DNA of 64,000 nucleotides from Endozoicomonas sp. (GTDB lineage Bacteria; Pseudomonadota; Gammaproteobacteria; Pseudomonadales; Endozoicomonadaceae): NCBI RefSeq assembly GCF_031844845.1, contig NZ_JAVRMB020000007.1, positions 9,153 to 73,152 of the forward strand, read 5' to 3'. Shown piece by piece: positions 56,053 to 64,000 of this stretch (position 1 is its first letter; each line of letters starts with the position of its first letter). The notes under the pieces were generated by a model. It saw only the letters and a program-made list of their open reading frames with translations, ran no database searches and was not told where the DNA came from. The position numbers and the translations under genes were made by a program.

Positions 56053-57891
56053 ATGCCTGATAATCTGGCTCCGGTGCAAGACAACGTAAATAAGGATTCT
56101 CTGCTTCTCGGGCAAATACACGATCAGTCACAGGCAAAGAATACAAAGCGTGCTTTTTGTCGCGTGGTACTCAATGCCATGGAGGCCGGCATAAAATATA
56201 TTGAAAGGTCTCTGAACGATTTCCATACCGATGGCAAACCACTGGAGGGAAGAAGCATTATTATTATTGATAAAAAGACTGAAGAATTATTACGGAAACC
56301 TTCACCGGGTTCAAAGAGTTTATACGATAGGCTCTCTGATATCGGCGTGATGTTTGTTCATGTGGAAAATAAAGAGCATAAAAGTGACATTCACGACTTT
56401 ATTAAGGAAAAATTTGGCACAGACAGTTTAAAAACCGGCATGGATCTTTTCAAAAAAATTCCACTTCCCCTCAAGGAGGAAGGTTTTGACTATGGCCACT
56501 TCAGATCTGTGGCCTATCAGTTAATTTGTCCAGCCTATGCTTATTCTCTCGATAAAACATTAGATTCTGTTGCTGTAATTGATGCCGACAGTTTAGCTCC
56601 CCTTGGTGCCAGAAGTATCTCTCTCAACGTTACAAGAGCCGCTATGCCCATTAGTTTAAGGGGTGGGATCTTTATTGATCAAGGGGATGAAACTGAGATA
56701 AGCGTTCTTTTTGATTTTGAATTTTTTAAGACATTAAATGGATACACTTGGATAGAGATTAAAGGTATCGCAGATATCGTTATGATTGTTCGTATTACTT
56801 TTGCTTTTAAGGAAATCAATTCTCGGGCTGCGGCTAATGACCTGGCCAGATCTACTCTGGCTCGGATAAAATCATATATAGATGAGCCCAGATGGCAAAT
56901 TAACAAGTCCGGAGATGAGTTACACCTTGCAGAATCTGCCTATATTACGCTTGGTAGCATCATTGATTCTCAATCTCAGATTGAAAATATGTGTTTTTTA
57001 AACTGCCTATATTTTGATAGATATTCCGTTCATGATTGTTCCGAATTTCTAAGTCTAAAATGTTTCAAAAGTGATCGGGACTTCCAGGCGTTATTACTGG
57101 GAACTATGTTAAATTCGGCATATGCCGCATCTCTGGTTAGAAGCTTAAAGGAAAATGCAAATGAAGACCCATCAATAAGGCTGTGTCTGAATTCTGAAAA
57201 ACACGAACACTCGAAAAAAAATATTTATCCAACGATAAATGAATGCTGGGAGCAATATTCAGCTCAGGAGGGCGTTGATTATGAATTCTATTCTTTTGAA
57301 GATGCTGGCTTTGGTGTCATGTTTGATCGGCAGCAACTATCAAACATGACTCATTTATTTTCCAACCCCATGAAAGAGTGGGGGGTTGTTGGATCCGAGG
57401 AAGAATATTTGTGGGATGCTCAGCAGACGCTTATACAACCCCGCTTCCTTCCCATTGTTAGCGAAGCGCATGGAAGGGGTCTGAGGGACGGGAATTTAAC
57501 CGCAATAACCTCTTTAACAGAAGAAACAACCCCCGGAACCAGTGTAGATGGCATAGATTACAGTATAAAGTATGGTGCTGCCTCTGGTTTGCTTGATGAA
57601 CTTATGGACAGATTCGGGTTGCAGGATGCCTGCAGCTCACTGGTTTACAGCATGGTCAGGGGCTATCTGTTTGGCCAGATACCAGGCTGTCTCCTGGGTG
57701 GCTTGGGTAGTACCTATTGCCACTGGATTGAACCCCGACTGGGTGATGGTCAATTGAAATCATTTCTGAGTTACGCCGTGCCCAAGAGCTTTTTGCTGGC
57801 AAGGGCTGCCCAGAACCCGGTTGGCACTGCCTGTAGCTTTATTGGCTATCAGGGAACCAGAACGATTATACAGAAACTGTTTCCGGGTTAG
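56053..57891 (+). CDS. orphan protein (612 aa)
   Basis: From the ORF track. An AGGAG lies 10 nt upstream. It is very AT-rich. I recognise no motif. Confidence 0.7.
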   Translation: MPDNLAPVQDNVNKDSLLLGQIHDQSQAKNTKRAFCRVVLNAMEAGIKYIERSLNDFHTDGKPLEGRSIIIIDKKTEELLRKPSPGSKSLYDRLSDIGVMFVHVENKEHKSDIHDFIKEKFGTDSLKTGMDLFKKIPLPLKEEGFDYGHFRSVAYQLICPAYAYSLDKTLDSVAVIDADSLAPLGARSISLNVTRAAMPISLRGGIFIDQGDETEISVLFDFEFFKTLNGYTWIEIKGIADIVMIVRITFAFKEINSRAAANDLARSTLARIKSYIDEPRWQINKSGDELHLAESAYITLGSIIDSQSQIENMCFLNCLYFDRYSVHDCSEFLSLKCFKSDRDFQALLLGTMLNSAYAASLVRSLKENANEDPSIRLCLNSEKHEHSKKNIYPTINECWEQYSAQEGVDYEFYSFEDAGFGVMFDRQQLSNMTHLFSNPMKEWGVVGSEEEYLWDAQQTLIQPRFLPIVSEAHGRGLRDGNLTAITSLTEETTPGTSVDGIDYSIKYGAASGLLDELMDRFGLQDACSSLVYSMVRGYLFGQIPGCLLGGLGSTYCHWIEPRLGDGQLKSFLSYAVPKSFLLARAAQNPVGTACSFIGYQGTRTIIQKLFPG

Positions 57892-58101
57892 TAAACAGCT
57901 GTCGGGTATATAGAAGAACGGTATCATCAGGACCTAACGCCCTCGACACCCTATCGGCCATGGTAAATTCATCTGGTGAAAAGTAGCCGGATTACCCATC
58001 ATCTGCCTGCTGACCACTATCGATGAAAAATGGCTATTTCATCCGGATACCTGAATCAGTTATCCTGATCTGCCATCAGTCTTTTTTCTCAGATCACCAA
58101 T

Positions 58102-60555
58102 ATGCTGGATGCACTACCCAGAGAGCTTGAGCTTCCCATTGATGAAGCTACCATTGCCATCAAAACTCCCCCTCACTCAATAGAAGCGGAGCAATCGGTG
58201 CTCGGTGGCCTGATGCTGGATAATCAGGCCCTGGATCGGGTGGGTGATAAACTGACGTCGGATGCCTTTTATAATCCCGGACATCGCCTGATATACACCG
58301 CCATCAGTACCCTCAGTAACGAGACGAAACCCTTTGACCCACTGACCGTTGCCGAAATTCTGGAAAACCGGGGTGAACTGGATGACGTGGGTGGGCTGGT
58401 GTACCTGGCCGAGCTGTCCGGCAGTGTTCCCAGTGTTGCCAATATCAGTGCCTACGCCGACATTATTTTTGAGCGGTCAGTCCTTCGCAAACTGATCAAC
58501 ACCGGCCAGAAAATTGCCGACAGTGCTTATCACCCGGAAGGCAAAGACAGCAAGACCATTCTTGATGAAGCTGAACGACTGGTGTTTAACATTGCCGAAG
58601 ATCGTCCCAATACCGGTGGTCCGGTGGGTATCCGGGAGATTCTGGATAAAACGGTTAAGAAAATTGATGAACTCTTTCATACCGGCGATGCCATTACCGG
58701 TGTCACCACCGGGTTTAAAGATCTGGATGTAATGACCTCGGGTCTGCAGGCATCGGATATGGTGATTGTTGCTGCACGACCTTCCATGGGGAAGTGTATT
58801 GTTTCTGGTAGTCGGGTTATTGATCCGGAGACTGGGGTTCTGGAAGTCATTGACGATATTGTAGCGCGTGAATCCGGAGCCCTGCTGTCATTGAATGATG
58901 ATTTTCGTTTGACCCCTGCCAGTCCCACGGCATTTGTTGATGATGGTTTCAAGCCTGTTTTCAAAGTTACTACGGCACTGGGCAGAACCATCGAAACCAC
59001 CCTGACCCACCCTTTCCTTTCAGAGTCAGGCTGGCAGCAGCTTGGCGCACTCAAAGCCGGGGATCGGGTGGCGGTTCCCAGGGCGCTTCCGGTATTTGGC
59101 CGGTTGTCATTGGCTGAGCATAAAATCAAGGCATTGGCTTATGAGAAAGAACTCCCGGAAGTTGTCTATCAGCTGGGTAGAGAGCAGATGGCTTTGTTCC
59201 TTCGGCATCTGTTTGCCTGTGATGGCAGTGCTTTCGTCCAGAAAAACGGGCAGTGTCGTGTCTCTTATTCATCGTCCAGTTTTAAACTGGTTTCAGGGGT
59301 TCAGCATTTGCTGCTGCGCTTTGGTATCAATGCCAAGGTGCGGGAAAAGGTCAATAAGTACGAAGGCGCTCAAGTGCCTTACGAACTGGAAATTCTGAAC
59401 CAGTCATCTCTTAAAATCTTCATTAATGAGATCGGGATCTTTGCCAAAGAGGATCGTATTGCAGCTATTCAACAAGCTCTGGCAGAAAAACAGCCTCATG
59501 ATAATTCTCATGACAAGAATGATACCCTGCCGGACTCTGTCTGCGACTATATTCTGAAGCTGAAAGGTGCACGCAGCTGGCGGGAAATATTCACCGCTGC
59601 GGGAGTCGAGTATCCGGAGAATTATAATCCTCATCTTAATGGTGTAAGCCAGCGTGGTCTCAGCCGTCAGCGAACCGCATTTTTTGCCGAAATGTTTAAC
59701 GATGGTTACTTAAGAAACCTTTCCCGTTCCGATATCTACTGGGATCGTATTGTGGCCATTGAGCCTCAGGGGGAAAAGCAGGTTTATGACCTGACTGTGG
59801 CGGGTACCCACAATTTTGTGGCAGAAGATTTTTACGTTCATAACACCACCTTCGCCATGAACCTGGTGGAAAATGCCCTGCTGAACAGCGAAAAAGGCGT
59901 GATGGTGTTCAGTCTGGAGATGCCCAGTGAACAGCTGATGATGCGTATGCTTTCGTCCCTTGGGCGTATTAACCAGTCCAAGGTGAGAAGTGGTCAGCTG
60001 GAAGAGGAAGACTGGCCCAAATTACTCTCGGCGGTGGAACGCATTAAAGATAAAAAACTGTTTGTTGATGATTCGGCCGGTATCAGCCCATCGGAAATGC
60101 GTTCCAGGGTTCGGCGAATTGTTCGCGAGCACGGTGACCTTGGGTTGATTATGATCGACTATCTGCAGTTGATGCAGATTCCGGGCTTTAGTGAAGGTCG
60201 GACCAACGAGATCTCGGAAATTTCCCGCTCCCTGAAAGCGCTGGCCAAGGAGTTCAAAGTCCCGGTGGTTGCTCTTTCTCAGCTGAATCGGTCTTTGGAG
60301 CAACGACCGAACAAACGCCCGGTCAACTCTGATCTTCGTGAATCCGGAGCCATCGAGCAGGATGCGGACGTGATCATGTTTATCTACCGGGATGAGGTTT
60401 ATAACCCCGATACGGAATACAAAGGCGTTGCAGAGATCATCATCGGTAAGCAGCGAAATGGCCCTATTGGTTCCTGTCGACTGGCGTTTATTGGTCAGTA
60501 CACCCGGTTTGAGAATCTTGCGCCGGATGCTTATGGGCGTTTTGATGATGAGTAG
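58102..60555 (+). CDS. dnaB: replicative DNA helicase DnaB, interrupted by an intein
   Basis: 817 aa. The exteins (231 + 236 aa) join to ...VAARPSMGK|TTFAMNLVEN..., restoring the Walker A GKT. Other DnaB motifs are present (IEAEQSVLGG, IDYLQLM, SQLNR, RESGAIEQDADV). Confidence 0.96.
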   Translation: MLDALPRELELPIDEATIAIKTPPHSIEAEQSVLGGLMLDNQALDRVGDKLTSDAFYNPGHRLIYTAISTLSNETKPFDPLTVAEILENRGELDDVGGLVYLAELSGSVPSVANISAYADIIFERSVLRKLINTGQKIADSAYHPEGKDSKTILDEAERLVFNIAEDRPNTGGPVGIREILDKTVKKIDELFHTGDAITGVTTGFKDLDVMTSGLQASDMVIVAARPSMGKCIVSGSRVIDPETGVLEVIDDIVARESGALLSLNDDFRLTPASPTAFVDDGFKPVFKVTTALGRTIETTLTHPFLSESGWQQLGALKAGDRVAVPRALPVFGRLSLAEHKIKALAYEKELPEVVYQLGREQMALFLRHLFACDGSAFVQKNGQCRVSYSSSSFKLVSGVQHLLLRFGINAKVREKVNKYEGAQVPYELEILNQSSLKIFINEIGIFAKEDRIAAIQQALAEKQPHDNSHDKNDTLPDSVCDYILKLKGARSWREIFTAAGVEYPENYNPHLNGVSQRGLSRQRTAFFAEMFNDGYLRNLSRSDIYWDRIVAIEPQGEKQVYDLTVAGTHNFVAEDFYVHNTTFAMNLVENALLNSEKGVMVFSLEMPSEQLMMRMLSSLGRINQSKVRSGQLEEEDWPKLLSAVERIKDKKLFVDDSAGISPSEMRSRVRRIVREHGDLGLIMIDYLQLMQIPGFSEGRTNEISEISRSLKALAKEFKVPVVALSQLNRSLEQRPNKRPVNSDLRESGAIEQDADVIMFIYRDEVYNPDTEYKGVAEIIIGKQRNGPIGSCRLAFIGQYTRFENLAPDAYGRFDDE
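58795..59844 (+). mobile_element. 350-aa intein with LAGLIDADG-type homing endonuclease, inserted in the DnaB P-loop
   Basis: It starts at Cys232 (CIVSGSRVIDPETG). Block B is TLTHPFL. A LAGLIDADG-like motif is LFLRHLFACDGSAF. Block F/G reads VYDLTVAGTHNFVAEDFYVHN, followed by a +1 Thr. The length is exactly 1050 nt and in frame. Confidence 0.9.
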
Positions 60556-60647
60556 CGAATACGGTTCCCCCCTCTGTTTATTATTTTGCCTGATGAGCCG
60601 AAAATGATTAAAGCCAACAAATATTATCAGGGTGCAGGGGGTATTCT

Positions 60648-61976
60648 ATGGATGGAATTCCTAAGGGTGGCGAGAATAAATCTCCTTCGGATATGCAGGT
60701 AAATGAAGATAAACAGGCTAGGGGGCACCATTCCGGGAGGGGGGTAAAGTCTGACGAAGGCGAAAAAAATATTCCGTTGTTGCCCCTTTCTTCTGAATCA
60801 CACAATAGCTGCTCACAGGATAGACCGGTGTCGATTCCTGACTGGTCGGACGATGACTGGTCGGACGATGACTGGTCTGATGCCGGAGATGACGTTGCTT
60901 CGGCTAGTGAGATTGATCAGGATGATGACTTACTCAGCGAGCCTGCTTACTCAAGCTGGAATCGTGATGAAGGTAGTGATTCAGAAATAATCTTTATGGA
61001 TACTGAGGATAGTAACTTTTCAGCTGTAATGGGTGATTTATGGAGTGACATCGACTCGGACAGTACGGCCAGACGGCAGAAAAAGAGCGGGAAGCCCGAT
61101 AATTTATCGCTTGGCGATATTCCTGATTTAAGTGAATACATCACTGAATATCTTGATTCGGGAAAAGATCCATCAGAAATCAGAGAAGAGCTGGAGGTTG
61201 TACGTTATACCTCGTCCGGAGGTAGGCGGGTGGTAATGCGTAGTCGGTCTGTCGAGTCTGGTGGCAACGATGCAGATGCCACGTTGGCCGCAGATAACCA
61301 GGAAGCGATTTTTCTTAATTCAATCAAGAGCGATCATGTTATTGGCTTTATCGGTTACAAGGGGACTGCTGATAAAAAAGAAGTGACATCCAGGCTTTAT
61401 ATGCAGGATGGGGGTGTGGATGTGCAGAAGGCTATTGCTTCGGTGGAAGATTCCGCGCGTATCAGTACCCTGAGAACCTGGTTATTGCACTTGGCCAGGG
61501 GGTTGGCAGCCCTGAAAAAAGAAAACATCATACATCGTGATATAAAACCGGAAAATCTGCTGATTGACCAGAATAGCAAACACCTGCGTATTGCTGATCT
61601 GGGAAATGCCTTCCAGGTAAATAATAATAAGTTTCCCTCGGATGTCACTGGTTCAGAATTTTATTTAGCCCCGGAAACACGCGCGGGAAAGCTTCAGAAT
61701 TTTCAGGCGGATATCTATTCCGCCGGGATCGCTTTTGTGAAGATCATGATAGACATGAACGTGCTCGATCTCACGACATGGCAAGAGTTCCAGGCACTTC
61801 ATAACAGTAAACAGACACTCCCTCTCCCCCTGGCTAAGGATTTAGCCGGAGACAAAAGTGCTATTTCCCTTATCGTTCTGATAGAGCAAATGATTGACCT
61901 GAAGTCTTCCCGGCGACCTGATGCCGAATCCATTATTAAACAACTGGATGCCGGAACAGGCAAAGTTCAGAGCTGA
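60648..61976 (+). CDS. eukaryotic-like Ser/Thr protein kinase-fold protein with acidic repeat N-terminus
   Basis: 442 aa. The catalytic loop is IIHRDIKPENLLID (HRD at 61533). RIADLGNA is a DFG-like DLG, and GSEFYLAPE is the APE motif. The N-lobe is atypical, with no clear GxGxxG or VAIK. DWSDD x3 is encoded at 60840-60884. Confidence 0.75.
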   Translation: MDGIPKGGENKSPSDMQVNEDKQARGHHSGRGVKSDEGEKNIPLLPLSSESHNSCSQDRPVSIPDWSDDDWSDDDWSDAGDDVASASEIDQDDDLLSEPAYSSWNRDEGSDSEIIFMDTEDSNFSAVMGDLWSDIDSDSTARRQKKSGKPDNLSLGDIPDLSEYITEYLDSGKDPSEIREELEVVRYTSSGGRRVVMRSRSVESGGNDADATLAADNQEAIFLNSIKSDHVIGFIGYKGTADKKEVTSRLYMQDGGVDVQKAIASVEDSARISTLRTWLLHLARGLAALKKENIIHRDIKPENLLIDQNSKHLRIADLGNAFQVNNNKFPSDVTGSEFYLAPETRAGKLQNFQADIYSAGIAFVKIMIDMNVLDLTTWQEFQALHNSKQTLPLPLAKDLAGDKSAISLIVLIEQMIDLKSSRRPDAESIIKQLDAGTGKVQS

Positions 61977-63010
61977 CCAAATATTGCCAGAGGCGGTTCA
62001 TCCAGTGCTGCCAGCTGCTCTCTCAGTTCCAGAATGTGCTCCGCCCAGTATCGTTCGGTATTGAACCAGGTAAAGGCCCTGGGAAATGCAGGGTCGTGCC
62101 ACCGCTTGGCCAGCCAGCCACTGTAATGCAGCAACCTCAGGGTGCGAAAGTATTCGACCAGGTTGAGTTCAGACGGATGAAAATCCATAAACTCGGTATA
62201 ACCTTCCAGTATTTCTGCCATTTGCAGGGTTTGTTCCTGGCGGTCACCGGATAGCAACATCCATAAATCCTGAATGGCGGGGGCCATTGAGGTGTCGTCA
62301 AAATCCACGAAATGCGGGGCATTGTTGCGCCAGAGAATATTGCCAATATGGCAGTCGCCGTGAACCCGGATGGATTGCCAGGTGTGTTGCTGTTCGATGC
62401 GTTGTAACCGATGCAATAAATCCCGGACCAGGGTTTCATAAGCTTCATGAAGCGCCGCAGGAATAAAATCGTTTTCCAGCAGAAATTCCACGCTGTCGAT
62501 GCCATATCGTTGCAGGTTGATTTCTGGTCGATAAGTAAACTCTTTTGCGGCGCCCAGTTTATGTATTCGACCGAGTGTGCGCCCAAGGATCAGCAGATTA
62601 TCCAGATTGTCCAGCTCAGGCGCGTGACCGCCCTGACGGGGAAAGAGTGCAAAGAGAAAGCCGTTAAATTCATGAAGGGTTTTTCCTTCATTATTGGCCT
62701 CAGGCGCAACTTTCATGGGTGCACTTTTTATAGGTGCACTTTTTATAGGTGCTACAACAGGAAACTCCATGGCTTGTAATTCAAGGGTGAACTCATGCTC
62801 TTCCTCGATTTGCTCACGGCTCCAGCGTCCTGGCCGGTAGAACTTGGCGATAACCGGATCTTCTTCCTCAATACCGATCTGGTAAACCCGGTTTTCATAA
62901 CTGTTTAACGTCAGTATACGGGCATCACTGATGTACCCCAGGCTCTCCACAGCATCCAGAACCCTGTCTGGAGTCAGCTGGTCGTAAGGGTGTTGAGCCG
63001 GGCTATTCAT
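61967..63010 (-). CDS. srkA: stress response kinase A (YihE/RdoA family)
   Basis: The ORF track starts at TTG 63022. I prefer ATG 63010, with GGAGG 5 nt upstream. Motifs are LNSYENRVYQ, AKFYRPGRWS and the catalytic HGDCHIGNILW ... FVDFDD. Confidence 0.9.
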   Translation of the reverse strand: MNSPAQHPYDQLTPDRVLDAVESLGYISDARILTLNSYENRVYQIGIEEEDPVIAKFYRPGRWSREQIEEEHEFTLELQAMEFPVVAPIKSAPIKSAPMKVAPEANNEGKTLHEFNGFLFALFPRQGGHAPELDNLDNLLILGRTLGRIHKLGAAKEFTYRPEINLQRYGIDSVEFLLENDFIPAALHEAYETLVRDLLHRLQRIEQQHTWQSIRVHGDCHIGNILWRNNAPHFVDFDDTSMAPAIQDLWMLLSGDRQEQTLQMAEILEGYTEFMDFHPSELNLVEYFRTLRLLHYSGWLAKRWHDPAFPRAFTWFNTERYWAEHILELREQLAALDEPPLAIFGQL

Positions 63011-63246
63011 GCTGACCTCCAACGGAGTCTGTATTCTGTGGCGAGGATTCTATAACCAATACAGCAGAATAGACAATTTGGGAGATTGAAAAGTGGTAAT
63101 TAAGTCAGGTGCCTGATCTCTGTGGGGTAGTTCATTCCGTTCAGGATATGACGAAAACTTATGGGTGAAGAAGCGCGGCGTGGAAGTTTATGGGGGAACT
63201 TTCCTTATAAACAGTAGTCTCATAAGTAACAGCTTGGAGGTTGCAT

Positions 63247-64000
63247 ATGGATATTTCAGGAAATCCCATATTGAGCAGGAATACTGCACCCGGGGTAGAT
63301 TCACAAAAAGATGCAGGGAAAGATCAGCCAACTATATGGGGCCGGATTGTTAAGGTCGCTGTTCCTACCCTGTCTATTGCAGGTTTCATTACCGGTATCG
63401 TGCTGGCATGTACTGTTGCGCCAATACCCGGCGCTGTGATCGCTGTGGCTTCTGCTTCAGTGCTGATTGGCAAATACCTTCACGATAGGCCCGCTCGGAG
63501 AGCACCGGGTGTAAATCCTGAGATTACGTCACCTTATGTTCGAAAAACGGTGTCAACCTATAGGTCTGTACCTCTGCAAAGTAGCTGTGCTAATGAGCTG
63601 ACTCACCTGCCGGCCCTTGATTTAGTGGGAGAACTTCCCAGAGGCGCATCCGGAGCAAGGGTCTATAAGGTTCGTGGCCACAACAATAATTTAATGGTTC
63701 TCAAGATCCACAGGCATGCCCAAAATAAAGAAGATCCGAACTTTCTCTGGAATGAAGGTCGGGTTCAGGATCAGGTGTCACAGGGCTCAGGGGGTTTGCT
63801 GCCAGCTGTGCGCTGTCATGGAACGATCAAAGGGGAAAAATTTACCGGCTTAATCACTGATCCTTCATTTATCCGGGCTGATGAAAAATACTCTGTCATC
63901 CTGTCAGATTATATTGACCATAAAAGTCTGGAGGATTTATCCCGATCCTCTTCAGAAGGCCTGCCATCGGATGTCTTTCGACGCGCCCTGTTAGATTTTG
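63247..64000 (+). CDS. orphan membrane-anchored kinase-like protein, 3' end beyond window
   Basis: Not in the ORF track because it is open-ended. My translation from ATG 63247 (GGAGG at 63236-40) gives MDISGNPILSRNTAPGVDSQKDAGKDQPTIWGRIVKVAVPTLSIAGFITGIVLACTVAPIPGAVIAVASASVLIGKYLHDRPA...LVGELPRGASGARVYKVRGHNNNLMVLKIH...VILSDYIDHKSLEDL... There are no stops through 64000. It has a Gly-rich-loop/VxxK-like N-lobe pattern. Confidence 0.65.
   Translation, partial: MDISGNPILSRNTAPGVDSQKDAGKDQPTIWGRIVKVAVPTLSIAGFITGIVLACTVAPIPGAVIAVASASVLIGKYLHDRPARRAPGVNPEITSPYVRKTVSTYRSVPLQSSCANELTHLPALDLVGELPRGASGARVYKVRGHNNNLMVLKIHRHAQNKEDPNFLWNEGRVQDQVSQGSGGLLPAVRCHGTIKGEKFTGLITDPSFIRADEKYSVILSDYIDHKSLEDLSRSSSEGLPSDVFRRALLDF

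Noticed and set aside
60840-60884. Short tandem repeats (here and at 16162, 28681, 53979, 62718) as a possible CRISPR or array structure
   Set aside because: All are in-frame coding microsatellites of 6-15 bp without spacers. No CRISPR-like repeat-spacer architecture exists in the window.
63165-63353. 62-aa ORF from the track overlapping the start of the partial kinase-like gene
   Set aside because: It is in a different frame and has no RBS. The overlapping frame from ATG 63247 has a strong GGAGG and stays open for 251 codons.

Overview
This is a 64-kb chromosomal window from a gammaproteobacterium. All calls were made by eye from the sequence and the ORF track; nothing was searched or computed. 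The gene order looks Pseudomonas/Oceanospirillales-like: cbrA-cbrB, hisZ-purA, and rpsF-rpsR-membrane gene-rplI with no priB. A marine host-associated lineage such as Endozoicomonas is my guess only.

The backbone is a well-known conserved housekeeping block: queG | nnr-tsaE-amiB-mutL-miaA-hfq-hflX-hflK-hflC-yjeT-hisZ-purA-rnr-rlmB, then zntA, psd, tamB-tamA | rpsF-rpsR-rplI-dnaB-srkA. At the left end are cbrAB, alkB, gluQ-dksA and sfsA.

The unusual part is what sits in junctions that are normally tight. Five or more of them hold AT-richer orphan genes with eukaryote-facing features:
- A 1152-aa protein between amiB and mutL has four metazoan-type SRCR repeats, a mucin-like stalk, a TM helix and a tail.
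- A 1728-aa orphan between mutL and miaA ends in a C-terminal CaaX box (CILA-stop).
- A 612-aa orphan lies between rplI and dnaB.
- An HRD-type eukaryotic-like kinase and a second kinase-like ORF with a bilobed hydrophobic segment flank srkA.
- A six-gene insert lies between rnr and rlmB.

Taken together this looks like a dispersed host-interaction (effector-like) gene set rather than a classical island. That reading is inference.

Other notable features:
- dnaB carries a 350-aa intein with a LAGLIDADG-type endonuclease inside its Walker A motif.
- At least 7 copies of a modular MITE/REP family sit exactly at gene boundaries.
- A 58-aa hydrophobic mini-ORF is coupled to cbrA.
- A triple 11-mer operator-like site lies upstream of zntA.
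- Short in-frame tandem repeats occur in hfq, rpsF, srkA, the kinase and the SRCR gene.

I saw no rRNA, tRNA or CRISPR array.
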